From Nannocystis bainbridge (GTDB lineage: Bacteria; Myxococcota_A; Polyangia; Nannocystales; Nannocystaceae), in NCBI RefSeq assembly GCF_028368995.1, contig NZ_JAQNDL010000001.1, forward strand, positions 4,352,001-4,416,000: a DNA stretch of 64,000 bases, given 5' to 3'. The notes under the pieces are model-generated. The model saw nothing but the letters and a program-made list of their open reading frames with translations. It did not search any database and had not been told where the DNA came from. How positions within the stretch are numbered: position 1 is the stretch's first letter; each line of letters starts with the position of its first letter. A program made the translations under genes and the position numbers. Below are positions 55,327 through 64,000 of this stretch, piece by piece.

Positions 55327-58300
55327 ATGTTCTTGCGACGTTGCAAGAGCCCGGCCCTGCTGACGCTATTGGCAGCGGTCGGAGCTGGAGTCTGTGCGCG
55401 TACCGTTCGTGCCGCCGACGGTCCTCGTGATTACGAGGGACCGACCGGCTTTGACGACGACGGCAACGTGATCGAGCAGCCGGCGCCGGGCCAGCAGCCG
55501 CCCGCGGACGCGGAGCAGCCGCCCGCGGAGCAGCCGCCCGAGCAGCCTGCCGAGGCGCCGGCCAAGGCCCCGCCCGCCGAGGAAGAGGAGGGCGGCTGCG
55601 CCGAGGACGACGGCTTCTGCGTCGAGGACCTCACCAACGACGCCGACGCGCTCAAGAAGGAGATGGCGCCGAAGCAGCAGGTCAAGGTCGCTGGCGACGC
55701 CGGCACGATCAAGGGCCGCGTCCTCGACGCCACCAGTGGTTCGCCGCTCATCGGCGTCGGCGTCGCCGTGGTCGGCACCGACTACAAGACCAAGACGGAC
55801 ATCAACGGCGAGTACCAGCTGTCCGTCCCGCCCGGCACCTATCAGGTACGGATCTCCTATGACGCCTACGAGGGCATGACGATCAGCGGCGTCGCCGTCG
55901 CCAAGGACGGGACCGAGGCCATCAACCGCGAGCTCAAGCCGATCGCGGGCATGACCCAGACCGTGGTCGTCAAGGCCGAGATCAACAAGGAGAGCGCCGC
56001 CGGCAAGCTGGTCGAGCGCAAGAAGGCCGCCAGCGCGCGCGATGTCATGAGCCGCGACGACATCCGCAAGTCGGGCGGCGGCTCGGCCTCCGCGGTCGCG
56101 CGCCGGATCGTCGGCACCACCGTCGTCGGCGACCGCTTCATCTTCGTCCGCGGCCTCGGCCACCGCTACGGCAACACCCTGCTCGACGGCGCCCGCTTGC
56201 CGAGCCCCGACCCCAACCTGCGCACCGTCCCGCTCGACATCATCCCCTCGGGCGCGCTGTCGGCGATCAACGTCCAGAAGACCGCCACCCCCGACGTCCC
56301 GGCCGACTTCGCCGGCGCCTCGGTCCAGCTCGAGACGCGCGAGACCCCCGACAAGCTGTACTTCGCCGTCGACGCGCGCATCGGCGCCAACACGGCCACC
56401 ACCTTCCGCGACGCCAACACCGGCGACCGCTTCGCCGGCGACAACGCCACCTTCGGCAACCTCGGGCGCGGCCTCTCCGACAACTTCGACACCGCGCGAC
56501 CGATCCGCCCGACCGAGATCGAAGGCGGCAAGCCGGTCTACTCGGCCGAGCAGCTCGAGCGGTTCGGCGAGGGCCTGCCGTCGACGCGCACCGCGATCGG
56601 CAGCAAGACGGCGATGCCGAACTTCGGCGCCGGCCTGCAGCTCGGCAACACCTTCAAGCCGTGGGGCACGCGGCTCGGGTTCCTCACCGCGCTGCAGTAC
56701 TCGAACGTCCACCAGACGCTGCGCGAGACCCACCGGATCTACAGCGTCACCGGCGACCAGAACAGCGGCTACACCCTCGACACCGATCAGCCGACGGTCC
56801 GCTGGGACGGCATCAAGACCACCCAGAACGTCCAGGGCTCGGCGCTCGCGCTCATCAAGTGGAACCTCGACAAGAACCACCGGCTCGAGCTCACCGCCGT
56901 CTACACCCGCGACGCCGACAACGAGTCGCGCGCGCTCACCGGCAACGCGCGCAACACCAGCGCCACCGAGAACACCACCAGCCTCAACACCCGCCTGCGC
57001 TACATGATGCGCTCGGTGGTGTTCACCCGCCTGGGCGGCCGCCACACCTTCGCCGGCGCCAAGGACCTCACCCTCGACTGGTTCGGCAGCTACGCCCAGG
57101 CGCGCCAGGACGACCCGCTCCTGCGTGAGATGTTCTTCAACAACATCGGCGGCGACTACCAGGTCGCGCCCAACGAGGCCGGCAAGTTCCAGTTCTTCAA
57201 GCTGCTCGACAACACCGGCACCGGCGCGCTCAACCTGACCATGCCGTTCAAGCAGTGGCGCGGCCTCGACGCCCGCGTCAAGGCCGGCGGGTGGGTCGAG
57301 GCGCGCCAGCGGCAGTTCGACGCCCGCACCCTCGACCTCGAGCCGCGCGGCTGGACCGGCGCGCTGCCCTCGGGCTCAGGCAACATCTTCACCAAGGACA
57401 CCATCGGCGGCGGCGTGCCGATGAACCAGGGCGGCAGCGAGCCGTTCGTGATCAACGAGATCACCCGCCCCGGCGGCCAGGACGGCTACAAGGGCTCGCA
57501 GCAGATCTACGCCGGCTACGCGATGCTCGACCTGCCGTTCACGCGGTGGTTCCGGCTCGTCGGCGGCGCCCGCTTCGAGGCCAGCAACATCAACGTCTCG
57601 CCGTACAGCCCGTACAGCCCCAACGCCGACCCGGCCTACCGCGCCGCGCTGCGCGACCGCCAGGTCCTGCCGTCGGGCAGCCTGATCTTCTCGCCGCGCA
57701 GCGACATGAACATCCGCCTCGCTGGCGCCGAGACGGTCGCTCGCCCCGAGATGCGCGAGCTTTCGAAGTTCCTGTTCGTCGACTTCGCCGGCGGCTTCGG
57801 CGTGCAGGGCAACCCCGACCTCAAGAGCACCAAGATCTATAACGCCGACCTGCGGTGGGAGTGGTTCCCCAGCGCCAACGAGGTCATCGCCGCCAGCGTC
57901 TTCTACAAGTACTTCGACAGCCCGATCGAGCGCGTCATTGCCACCTTCCCGCGGGTGCAGACCTACCGCAACGCGAACCAGGCGCAGAACGTCGGCGTCG
58001 AGCTCGAGCTGCGCAAGAACCTGTCGTTCATCCACCGCGACGCCCGCGACTTCTCGCTCGGGGCCAACTTCGCCTACGTGCACTCGCGCGTCGAGATCCC
58101 CGCGCCCGTGCCCGGCGACCCGCTCAACGCCCTCACCTCGACCAACCGTCCGCTCGAGGGTCAGTCGCCGTTCGTGGTCAACGCCTACTTCGCCTACGAC
58201 AACGACAAGTCGGGCACCAACGTGCGCCTGCTCTACAACACCTTCGGCCGCCGGATCGCGTTCGTCGGCGCCAACCGCCTGCCCGACGTCTACGAGAAGC

Positions 58301-58479
58301 CGATCCACACCCTCGATTTCGCCATGTCGCAGCGGGTCCACAAGAACCTGAGCCTCAGCTTCATGGCGCTGAACATGCTCAATTGGCGCCAGACCTACGT
58401 CCAGGGCGCGCAGGACAGCGTGTTCTATCAGACCCGCAAGGGCGTCTCGTTCATCCTCGGCCTCAGCTACAGCATGTGA
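55327..58479 (+). CDS. TonB-dependent receptor with carboxypeptidase-regulatory-like N-domain
   Basis: GTIKGRVLD..., plug (FVRGLGHRY...DG, DIIPSGAL..INVQKT..PD), GNPDLK, C-terminal GLSYSM. Confidence 0.95.
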   Translation: MFLRRCKSPALLTLLAAVGAGVCARTVRAADGPRDYEGPTGFDDDGNVIEQPAPGQQPPADAEQPPAEQPPEQPAEAPAKAPPAEEEEGGCAEDDGFCVEDLTNDADALKKEMAPKQQVKVAGDAGTIKGRVLDATSGSPLIGVGVAVVGTDYKTKTDINGEYQLSVPPGTYQVRISYDAYEGMTISGVAVAKDGTEAINRELKPIAGMTQTVVVKAEINKESAAGKLVERKKAASARDVMSRDDIRKSGGGSASAVARRIVGTTVVGDRFIFVRGLGHRYGNTLLDGARLPSPDPNLRTVPLDIIPSGALSAINVQKTATPDVPADFAGASVQLETRETPDKLYFAVDARIGANTATTFRDANTGDRFAGDNATFGNLGRGLSDNFDTARPIRPTEIEGGKPVYSAEQLERFGEGLPSTRTAIGSKTAMPNFGAGLQLGNTFKPWGTRLGFLTALQYSNVHQTLRETHRIYSVTGDQNSGYTLDTDQPTVRWDGIKTTQNVQGSALALIKWNLDKNHRLELTAVYTRDADNESRALTGNARNTSATENTTSLNTRLRYMMRSVVFTRLGGRHTFAGAKDLTLDWFGSYAQARQDDPLLREMFFNNIGGDYQVAPNEAGKFQFFKLLDNTGTGALNLTMPFKQWRGLDARVKAGGWVEARQRQFDARTLDLEPRGWTGALPSGSGNIFTKDTIGGGVPMNQGGSEPFVINEITRPGGQDGYKGSQQIYAGYAMLDLPFTRWFRLVGGARFEASNINVSPYSPYSPNADPAYRAALRDRQVLPSGSLIFSPRSDMNIRLAGAETVARPEMRELSKFLFVDFAGGFGVQGNPDLKSTKIYNADLRWEWFPSANEVIAASVFYKYFDSPIERVIATFPRVQTYRNANQAQNVGVELELRKNLSFIHRDARDFSLGANFAYVHSRVEIPAPVPGDPLNALTSTNRPLEGQSPFVVNAYFAYDNDKSGTNVRLLYNTFGRRIAFVGANRLPDVYEKPIHTLDFAMSQRVHKNLSLSFMALNMLNWRQTYVQGAQDSVFYQTRKGVSFILGLSYSM

Positions 58480-58498
58480 CGGTGAAGGGCGCGAACAT

Positions 58499-58536
58499 GT
58501 CGCGTTCGCGTCACCGACCCGTGGGAGCGGCGTCAC
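58499..58536 (+). promoter_or_regulatory. Pho-box-like 11-bp repeats upstream of the lipoprotein
   Basis: GTCGC 58499, GTCAC 58510, GTGGG 58521, GTCAC 58532. Confidence 0.55.
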
Positions 58537-58588
58537 GGGTCTCTTTTAGAGATAGCGCCGCGACCTCTCCGAAGAAGGCTTCCCCGTG

Positions 58589-59935
58589 ATGACGTTCAAG
58601 AAGACTCTCCCGATGTTCGCGGCCGCCGTGGCGCTGCCGCTGGTGTTCGCCCAGGGCTGTGGCGACGATGGCATGCAGACCTCCGACACCGCCGACACCA
58701 ACGACACCGCGCCGGGCGAAGAGGAGTGCGACAGCGAGATCGAGGGCACCATCGAGTCCGACACCACCTGGACCTGCGGTCACACCCTCAGCGGCGTCCT
58801 CACCGTCAAGAACGGCGCCAAGCTCACGGTCAACCCCGGCGTCACGATCAAGGGCCTCAACGGCTCGGCGCTCGTCATCGCCAAGGGCTCGCAGCTGATC
58901 GCCGAGGGCACCAAGGAGCAGCCGATCGTGTTCACCTCGGCGCTGGCCGAGGGCAGCCGGGCGCGCGGCGACTGGGGCGGCATCGTCCTCCTCGGCGACG
59001 CCAAGAACAACCTCCAGACCGGCTCCGGCATCGCCGAGGGCCTCGACGCCGGCAACCCAGACTACGCCTACGGCGGCGGCGACGACGCCTATTCGTGCGG
59101 CTCGCTCAAGTGGGTCCGCGTCGAGTTCGTCGGCTTCGAGCTGACGAAGGACAACGAGCTCAACGGCGTCACCTTCTACTCGTGCGGCACCGGCACCCAG
59201 GTCGACTACCTGCAGGTCCACATGGGCAAGGACGACGGCGTCGAGATGTTCGGGGGCTCCTGGAGCGGCAAGCACATCCTCGTCACCGGCGCCCAGGACG
59301 ACTCGATCGACAGCGACCAGGGCTACACCGGCTCGCTGCAGCACGTCGTGCTGCTGCAGGACCCGGCCGCCGGCAACTACGCGTTCGAGCTGTCGAACCA
59401 GGCCGACAACCTCGACGCCGAGCCGCGCACCGCGCCCAAGTTCGTCAACGTCACCGCCATCGGCACCGCCGCCGGCGGCGACATCGACACCCAGAGCGCT
59501 GGCGTCCGCCTCAAGGAGGGCGTCGCGGCCGAGTTCTACAACGCGATCTTCGTCGGCTTCCACAACGCGGCGATCGAGCTGACCGAGGGCGCGACCGAGA
59601 CCGTCGCGACGGCGGGCGGCATCGTGTTCAAGAACAGCCTGTTCTCCGGCAACTCGGCGGTCGACGACGGCGCGACCCCGTACGTGGTCGGCGAGGGCTC
59701 GACCTTCGACCTCGAGGGGTTCGTCGAGGGCGCGGGCAACAGCAACCTGATCGACACCGACCCGCAGCTCACCAGCCTCGACTTCACCGCGCCGAACTTC
59801 GCCCCGGCCGACGGCTCGCCGCTGCGCGGCGCGGGCGCGGCCCCGGCCGGCTTCGACGCCGCCGACTACATCGGCGGCGTCGCCAACGCCGAGGGCGACT
59901 GGACCCTCGGCTGGTCGACCTACGCCGCCAACTAG
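58589..59935 (+). CDS. Acidic beta-helix-like lipoprotein of a TBDR-associated family
   Basis: AQGC lipobox; GTKEQPIVFTS, GDWGGIVLLG, GSLKWVRVEF, ELNG, DDGVEMFGG, W..GW C-terminus. Confidence 0.88.
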   Translation: MTFKKTLPMFAAAVALPLVFAQGCGDDGMQTSDTADTNDTAPGEEECDSEIEGTIESDTTWTCGHTLSGVLTVKNGAKLTVNPGVTIKGLNGSALVIAKGSQLIAEGTKEQPIVFTSALAEGSRARGDWGGIVLLGDAKNNLQTGSGIAEGLDAGNPDYAYGGGDDAYSCGSLKWVRVEFVGFELTKDNELNGVTFYSCGTGTQVDYLQVHMGKDDGVEMFGGSWSGKHILVTGAQDDSIDSDQGYTGSLQHVVLLQDPAAGNYAFELSNQADNLDAEPRTAPKFVNVTAIGTAAGGDIDTQSAGVRLKEGVAAEFYNAIFVGFHNAAIELTEGATETVATAGGIVFKNSLFSGNSAVDDGATPYVVGEGSTFDLEGFVEGAGNSNLIDTDPQLTSLDFTAPNFAPADGSPLRGAGAAPAGFDAADYIGGVANAEGDWTLGWSTYAAN

Positions 59936-59946
59936 CAGGACCCGCC

Positions 59947-60498
59947 ATGCTCCGCGTCGCCGCCGCCCTCGCGCTCTGCCTGTCCTTCGGGGCATGTGAG
60001 GCGCCGTCGGCCGGCGACGATCCGAGCCCGCCGGCGCCGGCCGAGCCGCACGTCGGCGACGCGCCGCTCGCCGGCGGCCTGCCGAGCCTCGACGCGCTCG
60101 GCGAGGCGGTCGTCGCCGGCCTCGTCGACCGGGACGCCGAGGCCCTGACCGCGCTGGCGATCGGCCGCGACGAGTACACCGGCCGTTTGTTCCCCGCGAT
60201 CGCCAACCACCCCGCCGCCGAGGCGATGGGCCGCGAGCTGCTGTGGGACATGCACGTCCGCCAGTCCCATGACGACCTGCAGCGCGCGCTGTCCCACCAC
60301 GGCGGCGCCGCGCTCGCGTTCGTCCGCTTCGAACCGCGCCGGACCGTCCGCCGGGCCGGCGTGGTGTTCCACGAGCGCCCGCACCTCGTCGTGCGCGGCG
60401 AGGACGGCGCCGAGCACGAGCTGCAGATCCTCGCCTCGCTCGTCGAGCACGAATCCACGCAGACCTTCAAGCTCCTCGGCTTCCGCGATCACGACTGA
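59947..60498 (+). CDS. Hypothetical lipoprotein
   Basis: FGAC lipobox, AGGA SD, follows the previous gene closely. Confidence 0.75.
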   Translation: MLRVAAALALCLSFGACEAPSAGDDPSPPAPAEPHVGDAPLAGGLPSLDALGEAVVAGLVDRDAEALTALAIGRDEYTGRLFPAIANHPAAEAMGRELLWDMHVRQSHDDLQRALSHHGGAALAFVRFEPRRTVRRAGVVFHERPHLVVRGEDGAEHELQILASLVEHESTQTFKLLGFRDHD

Positions 60499-60525
60499 GT
60501 CACCACGTTGTCGCGAGCCTGTGGG
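60488..60525 (+). promoter_or_regulatory. Pho-box-like 11-bp repeats upstream of phoB-like gene
   Basis: ATCAC 60488, GTCAC 60499, GTCGC 60510, GTGGG 60521. Confidence 0.55.
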
Positions 60526-60558
60526 GCCGGCCCGCAGCGCACCTGTTAGGAACAGACC

Positions 60559-61263
60559 ATGCCCGCCACGATCCTCATCGTCGACGATGAGCGCGACCTG
60601 CTCGACTCGCTGCGCTTCAGCCTCGAGCGCGAGGGCTTCTGCGCCCTCACGGCCCAGAACGGCACGTCCGCGCTGTCGCTCATGGGCCAGAGCCCGCCGC
60701 CGGACCTCGTGCTGCTCGACTGGATGCTGCCCGACATGGCCGGCACCGAGGTCTGTCGCAACATCCGCATGACGGAGCGGACGCGCGGGACGCCGGTCAT
60801 CATGATCACGGCCCGCAGCGAGGAGATCGATCGGGTGGTCGGGTTCGAGCTGGGGGCCGACGATTACGTGACGAAGCCGTTCAGCGTGCGCGAGCTGCTG
60901 CTGCGCGTAAAGGCGATCCTGCGCCGCCGCACGACCGACGATCCGTCGACCGAGGAGCAGCACTACGAGCTGCTGCGCGTCGACCACGACGGCCACCAGG
61001 TGTGGGTTCAAAATAGCCGCGTGACCCTGACCGCGCTCGAGTTCCGTTTGCTGGCGACGCTGCTGGCCCGCCGCGGCCGGGTGCAGACCCGCGACACGCT
61101 GCTCAACGACGTGTGGGGCGTGCAGGTCGACGTCACGACGCGCACGGTCGACACGCACGTGCAGCGCCTGCGCAAGAAGCTCGGGGCCGCCGGCCAGTAC
61201 ATCGAGACGCTCCGCGGCGTCGGTTACCGCTTCCTGCTGCCCGAGCGCGAAGCGACGCACTGA
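60559..61263 (+). CDS. phoB: OmpR/PhoB-family response regulator, PhoB-like
   Basis: LLDWMLP, ITARSEEIDRVVGFELGADDYVTKPFS, TRTVDTHVQRLRKKL, IETLRGVGYRF. Confidence 0.8.
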   Translation: MPATILIVDDERDLLDSLRFSLEREGFCALTAQNGTSALSLMGQSPPPDLVLLDWMLPDMAGTEVCRNIRMTERTRGTPVIMITARSEEIDRVVGFELGADDYVTKPFSVRELLLRVKAILRRRTTDDPSTEEQHYELLRVDHDGHQVWVQNSRVTLTALEFRLLATLLARRGRVQTRDTLLNDVWGVQVDVTTRTVDTHVQRLRKKLGAAGQYIETLRGVGYRFLLPEREATH

Positions 61264-61300
61264 GAGAAAGTTACGACGGCTCGCCCGCTCGCTCGCGGCG

Positions 61301-62239
61301 TCACTTCGGCCGCAGCCCGCGGCGCAGGGCGTCGCGCAGGTCGCGTTCGAACCGCTGCGCCACCTCGGCGTGGGCGACCATGTCGAACCCGTGGAACGCC
61401 CCGGGATAGACGTGCAGCTCGGTCGGCACGCCCGCCTGCAGCAGCCGCTGCGCGTACGCGACGTCCTCGGCGAGGAACAGGTCGAGCGCCCCGACGGCGA
61501 GGTAGGTCGGCGGCAGGCCCGAGAGGTCGCCGGCGCGAGCGGCCGCCGCGTACTGCGAGACGTCCTCGGCGCCCGGCTCACCGCCGAGCAGGGACTTCCA
61601 GCCGAACCGGTTGTCCTCGTTCGTCCACACGAACTCGCCGGCGTGCGGCCGCGGCTCGGCGACGACGGTGCGATCGTCGAGCATCGGATAGACGAGCAGC
61701 TGAAACGCGACCGGGACCTCGCCGCGATCGCGCGCCATCAGCCCGAGCGCCGCCGCCAGCCCGCCGCCGGCGCTCTCGCCCCCGATGGCGATCCGCCGGC
61801 GATCGACGCCGAGCTCTTCGGCCTGCGCGTGCAGCCACTTCAGCGCCGCGTAGCAGTCCTCGATCGCCCCGGGGAACGGGGTCTCGGGCGCGAGCCGATA
61901 ATCGACCGAGACGACCACGCAGCCGAGCGCGCTCGCCAGCGCCTGGTTGCGCGCGGCAGCGATGTGCGGCGAGCCCATCACGTAGCCGCCGCCGTGCATG
62001 TGCAGGTACGCCGGCCCGAGCCCGAGGCGCCGCGGCGGCTCGTAGACGACCACTCGCACCTCGGGCGCGTCCTCGGGTCCGGGCACGGTCCGCTCGGAGG
62101 CGACGAGGTCCCCGAGCGTGTCGCCCGCGGGTGGCATGAGGGCGCGTAGCTGGGGCAGCGACTGGGCGTTCAGCCCAAAGGCCGGCATGGCGCTGAGCAG
62201 CGGGAGCAACTGCGGGTCGACGAGGTGACGTGAGGACAT
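61301..62239 (-). CDS. Alpha/beta hydrolase (HSL/Aes-like esterase)
   Basis: HGGGY, VDYRLAPE, GESAGG, HGF. Confidence 0.95.
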   Translation of the reverse strand: MSSRHLVDPQLLPLLSAMPAFGLNAQSLPQLRALMPPAGDTLGDLVASERTVPGPEDAPEVRVVVYEPPRRLGLGPAYLHMHGGGYVMGSPHIAAARNQALASALGCVVVSVDYRLAPETPFPGAIEDCYAALKWLHAQAEELGVDRRRIAIGGESAGGGLAAALGLMARDRGEVPVAFQLLVYPMLDDRTVVAEPRPHAGEFVWTNEDNRFGWKSLLGGEPGAEDVSQYAAAARAGDLSGLPPTYLAVGALDLFLAEDVAYAQRLLQAGVPTELHVYPGAFHGFDMVAHAEVAQRFERDLRDALRRGLRPK

Positions 62240-62356
62240 GCGGCGAGGGCCAGTCTGAAGCAAGCGCCGACGAGGGTCCACCCGCCGCTCACGGGTGCGC
62301 TCCCGCTCGCGATCGCCCCGAACGCGAACCCCTCGCGCTCGACATCGCCACCGAAC

Positions 62357-62393
62357 AAGATGTCTGTATAGACATGTTCAAAGGAACATGTCG
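62357..62393. repeat. 14-bp-phased array in a divergent intergenic region
   Basis: GATG 62359, CATG 62373, CATG 62387 (TGTCTGTATAGACA, TGTTCAAAGGAACA). Confidence 0.85.
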
Positions 62394-62704
62394 CAACCCG
62401 ACAAGCCGCTCGCACCGGCGGCCTGCGATCTCGCCGGCCGGCGCGGAGGCGCGCGCAGCGGGCTCGCCCATTTAAAATTTCGGGAGCTCCGGGAAGATCG
62501 CGGAGCCCTGGCGTTGTCGGGGCGACAACCTCGTCATCACCAGCGATCGCGCTGCGAGTCAGGTCCGGGACCTGCGGCTTCGAGGCCGCGGTCCGGGCCA
62601 CGGTCGCGCGCGCGGCCGCGGCCACGTGAACGAACACGAGGTTGGTAACGTGGGCCGCCGCGCAGGCGGCCGAGCGCGCCCAGGCGCGCAGGAGGAGCGG
62701 AGCA

Positions 62705-63361
62705 ATGAAGGTGTCACTCGTCATCCTCGCCGCGTGGTGGTCGGCCCTGCTTGCGCCGATCGAGCCGGTGAAGCCCAAGGTCCCGTCGCCCGTGCCGGTG
62801 AGCCCGAAGGTCCCCTCGACCCATGTCGCGCCGCTGAAGCCGCCGCCGCCGCCGCCGCCGGAGCAGATCGACACCAGCAAGCTGCCGAAGATCAGCCAGG
62901 CGCCGCTGTTCACGTGGAAGCCGGGCAACTACTCGGCCGAATCGCTCAAGCTGCCCGAGGTCATCCCGATGGAGAAGTTCGACGGCTGGCACGGCGGTCC
63001 GAACTGGCCGCACCTCGACCACGCCGTCATCGTCGTCACCGACAACGCCAAGGACTCGCAGCGGTTCATGGCCTTCATGGTCGACCTGCGAGACCAGCGG
63101 GTCGCGGCCATCCGCGACGGCGACAGGCACAAGCATTTCGCCTCGATCGGCCAGACGGTGCCGGGCGACAACAACCATCAACAGGCCGTGCCGCAGTCGA
63201 TCATGTCGCTCGCTGGCAGCGGCGCCGTCATCATCCTGCGCCCGCCGGTGCCCCCGGGTCCGGGAGGGATCCCCGACGACATCACCCGGAGGATCCTCGA
63301 CGCCAGCAACATCGCCGGTCAGGCCGGCCTAGCGATCGCCGGTCAGCTCGGCCGCGGTTGA
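62705..63361 (+). CDS. Hypothetical exported protein
   Basis: GGAG SD, signal peptide, Pro-rich N-terminus. Confidence 0.7.
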   Translation: MKVSLVILAAWWSALLAPIEPVKPKVPSPVPVSPKVPSTHVAPLKPPPPPPPEQIDTSKLPKISQAPLFTWKPGNYSAESLKLPEVIPMEKFDGWHGGPNWPHLDHAVIVVTDNAKDSQRFMAFMVDLRDQRVAAIRDGDRHKHFASIGQTVPGDNNHQQAVPQSIMSLAGSGAVIILRPPVPPGPGGIPDDITRRILDASNIAGQAGLAIAGQLGRG

Positions 63362-63402
63362 CCGTCGATCCCCTCGCGTGGCATCGTCCGCTGTCGCCAT
63401 TC

Positions 63403-63954
63403 ATGGCCCCGCCGCAAGCCATCGATCCGCCGATCGACGCCGCGGCGGAGTTTCATCGCAGCCTCCGCGCCCACGAGCACGCGCTGCGGGACCTCGCCCT
63501 GCGGCTGTGTCGCAACTCGGCCGACGCCGGCGACCTGCTGCAGGACACCTTCGAGCGGGCGCTCCAGCGTCGCGCGCAGTACCAGCCCGGGACCAACCTG
63601 CGCGCCTGGCTGTGCACGATGCTGCACCACCTCTTCCTCGACCGCTGCCGCGCGCGCGTGCGCGGCCCGGCCCACGCCTCGCTCGACGAGGTCGCCTTGC
63701 CCGCCCCGGAGCCGGCTGCCGAGCCGGCCTGGGCGGCGCTGACCCGCGACGATGTCGTCGCCGCGGTCGAGCGGCTCGAGCCCGACTTCCGCGACGTCTA
63801 TCAGCTTCACAGCCTCGAGGGTGTGCCGTATCAAGAGATCGCCGCGCGCCTGGGGATCCCCAAGGCCACCGTCGGCACCCGCCTCGCCCGGGCCCGTCGC
63901 AAGCTCCGTGACCTGCTGCTGCCGGCCCGCGCCGCCGACGAGAGCCACCCATGA
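63403..63954 (+). CDS. ECF sigma-70 family factor
   Basis: DAGDLLQDTFERA, NLRAWL, YQEIAARLGIPKATVGTRLARAR. Confidence 0.93.
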   Translation: MAPPQAIDPPIDAAAEFHRSLRAHEHALRDLALRLCRNSADAGDLLQDTFERALQRRAQYQPGTNLRAWLCTMLHHLFLDRCRARVRGPAHASLDEVALPAPEPAAEPAWAALTRDDVVAAVERLEPDFRDVYQLHSLEGVPYQEIAARLGIPKATVGTRLARARRKLRDLLLPARAADESHP

Positions 63955-64000
63955 CCTCCCGCTGCGACGACATCGACCGCTACTTCGACGGCGAGCTCGA
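63951..64000 (+). CDS. Probable anti-sigma factor N-terminus (truncated by window edge)
   Basis: MTSRCDDIDRYFDGEL, ATGA overlap with ECF; resembles zf-HC2 start C..xx..Y.DGEL. Confidence 0.55.
   Translation, partial: MTSRCDDIDRYFDGEL

Noticed and set aside
62906-62921. parS-like CTGTTCACGTGGAAGC
   Set aside because: Several mismatches in the outer arms, single copy, inside a CDS (LFTWK). I saw no canonical parS in the window.

Overview
High-GC window from a myxobacterial (Nannocystaceae-like, inferred from gene content and T/S/G/D-rich lipoprotein linkers) chromosome, starting at the replication origin: dnaA-oriC-dnaN-recF-gyrB. The rest is mostly core or housekeeping genes (carD/cdnL, pepA, transaldolase, trmB, uvrB, thiE, thiolase, gloB, DTW and HD proteins), three tRNA-Ser genes plus the SRP RNA, and typical myxobacterial kinase/TPR/FHA genes. 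I see no IS element, prophage or CRISPR. Three things stand out. (1) A dispersed family of about 20 short tandem arrays built from a degenerate 14-bp palindrome (TGTCC-N4-GGACA) whose C(A/C)(T/G)G junctions stay in exact 14-bp phase; they lie between genes, over start codons and in-frame inside genes, and look like a cooperative protein-binding lattice. (2) An uncharacterised envelope operon (beta-barrel + FMN-binding-like protein lacking the flavinylation motif + lipoprotein + FesM-like polyferredoxin) divergent from a DUF3347 metal-binding lipoprotein. (3) A TonB-ExbB-ExbD-ExbD-TBDR-lipoprotein-PhoB cluster with 11-bp-phased Pho-box-like repeats. Family names come from motif recognition by eye; no database search was run.
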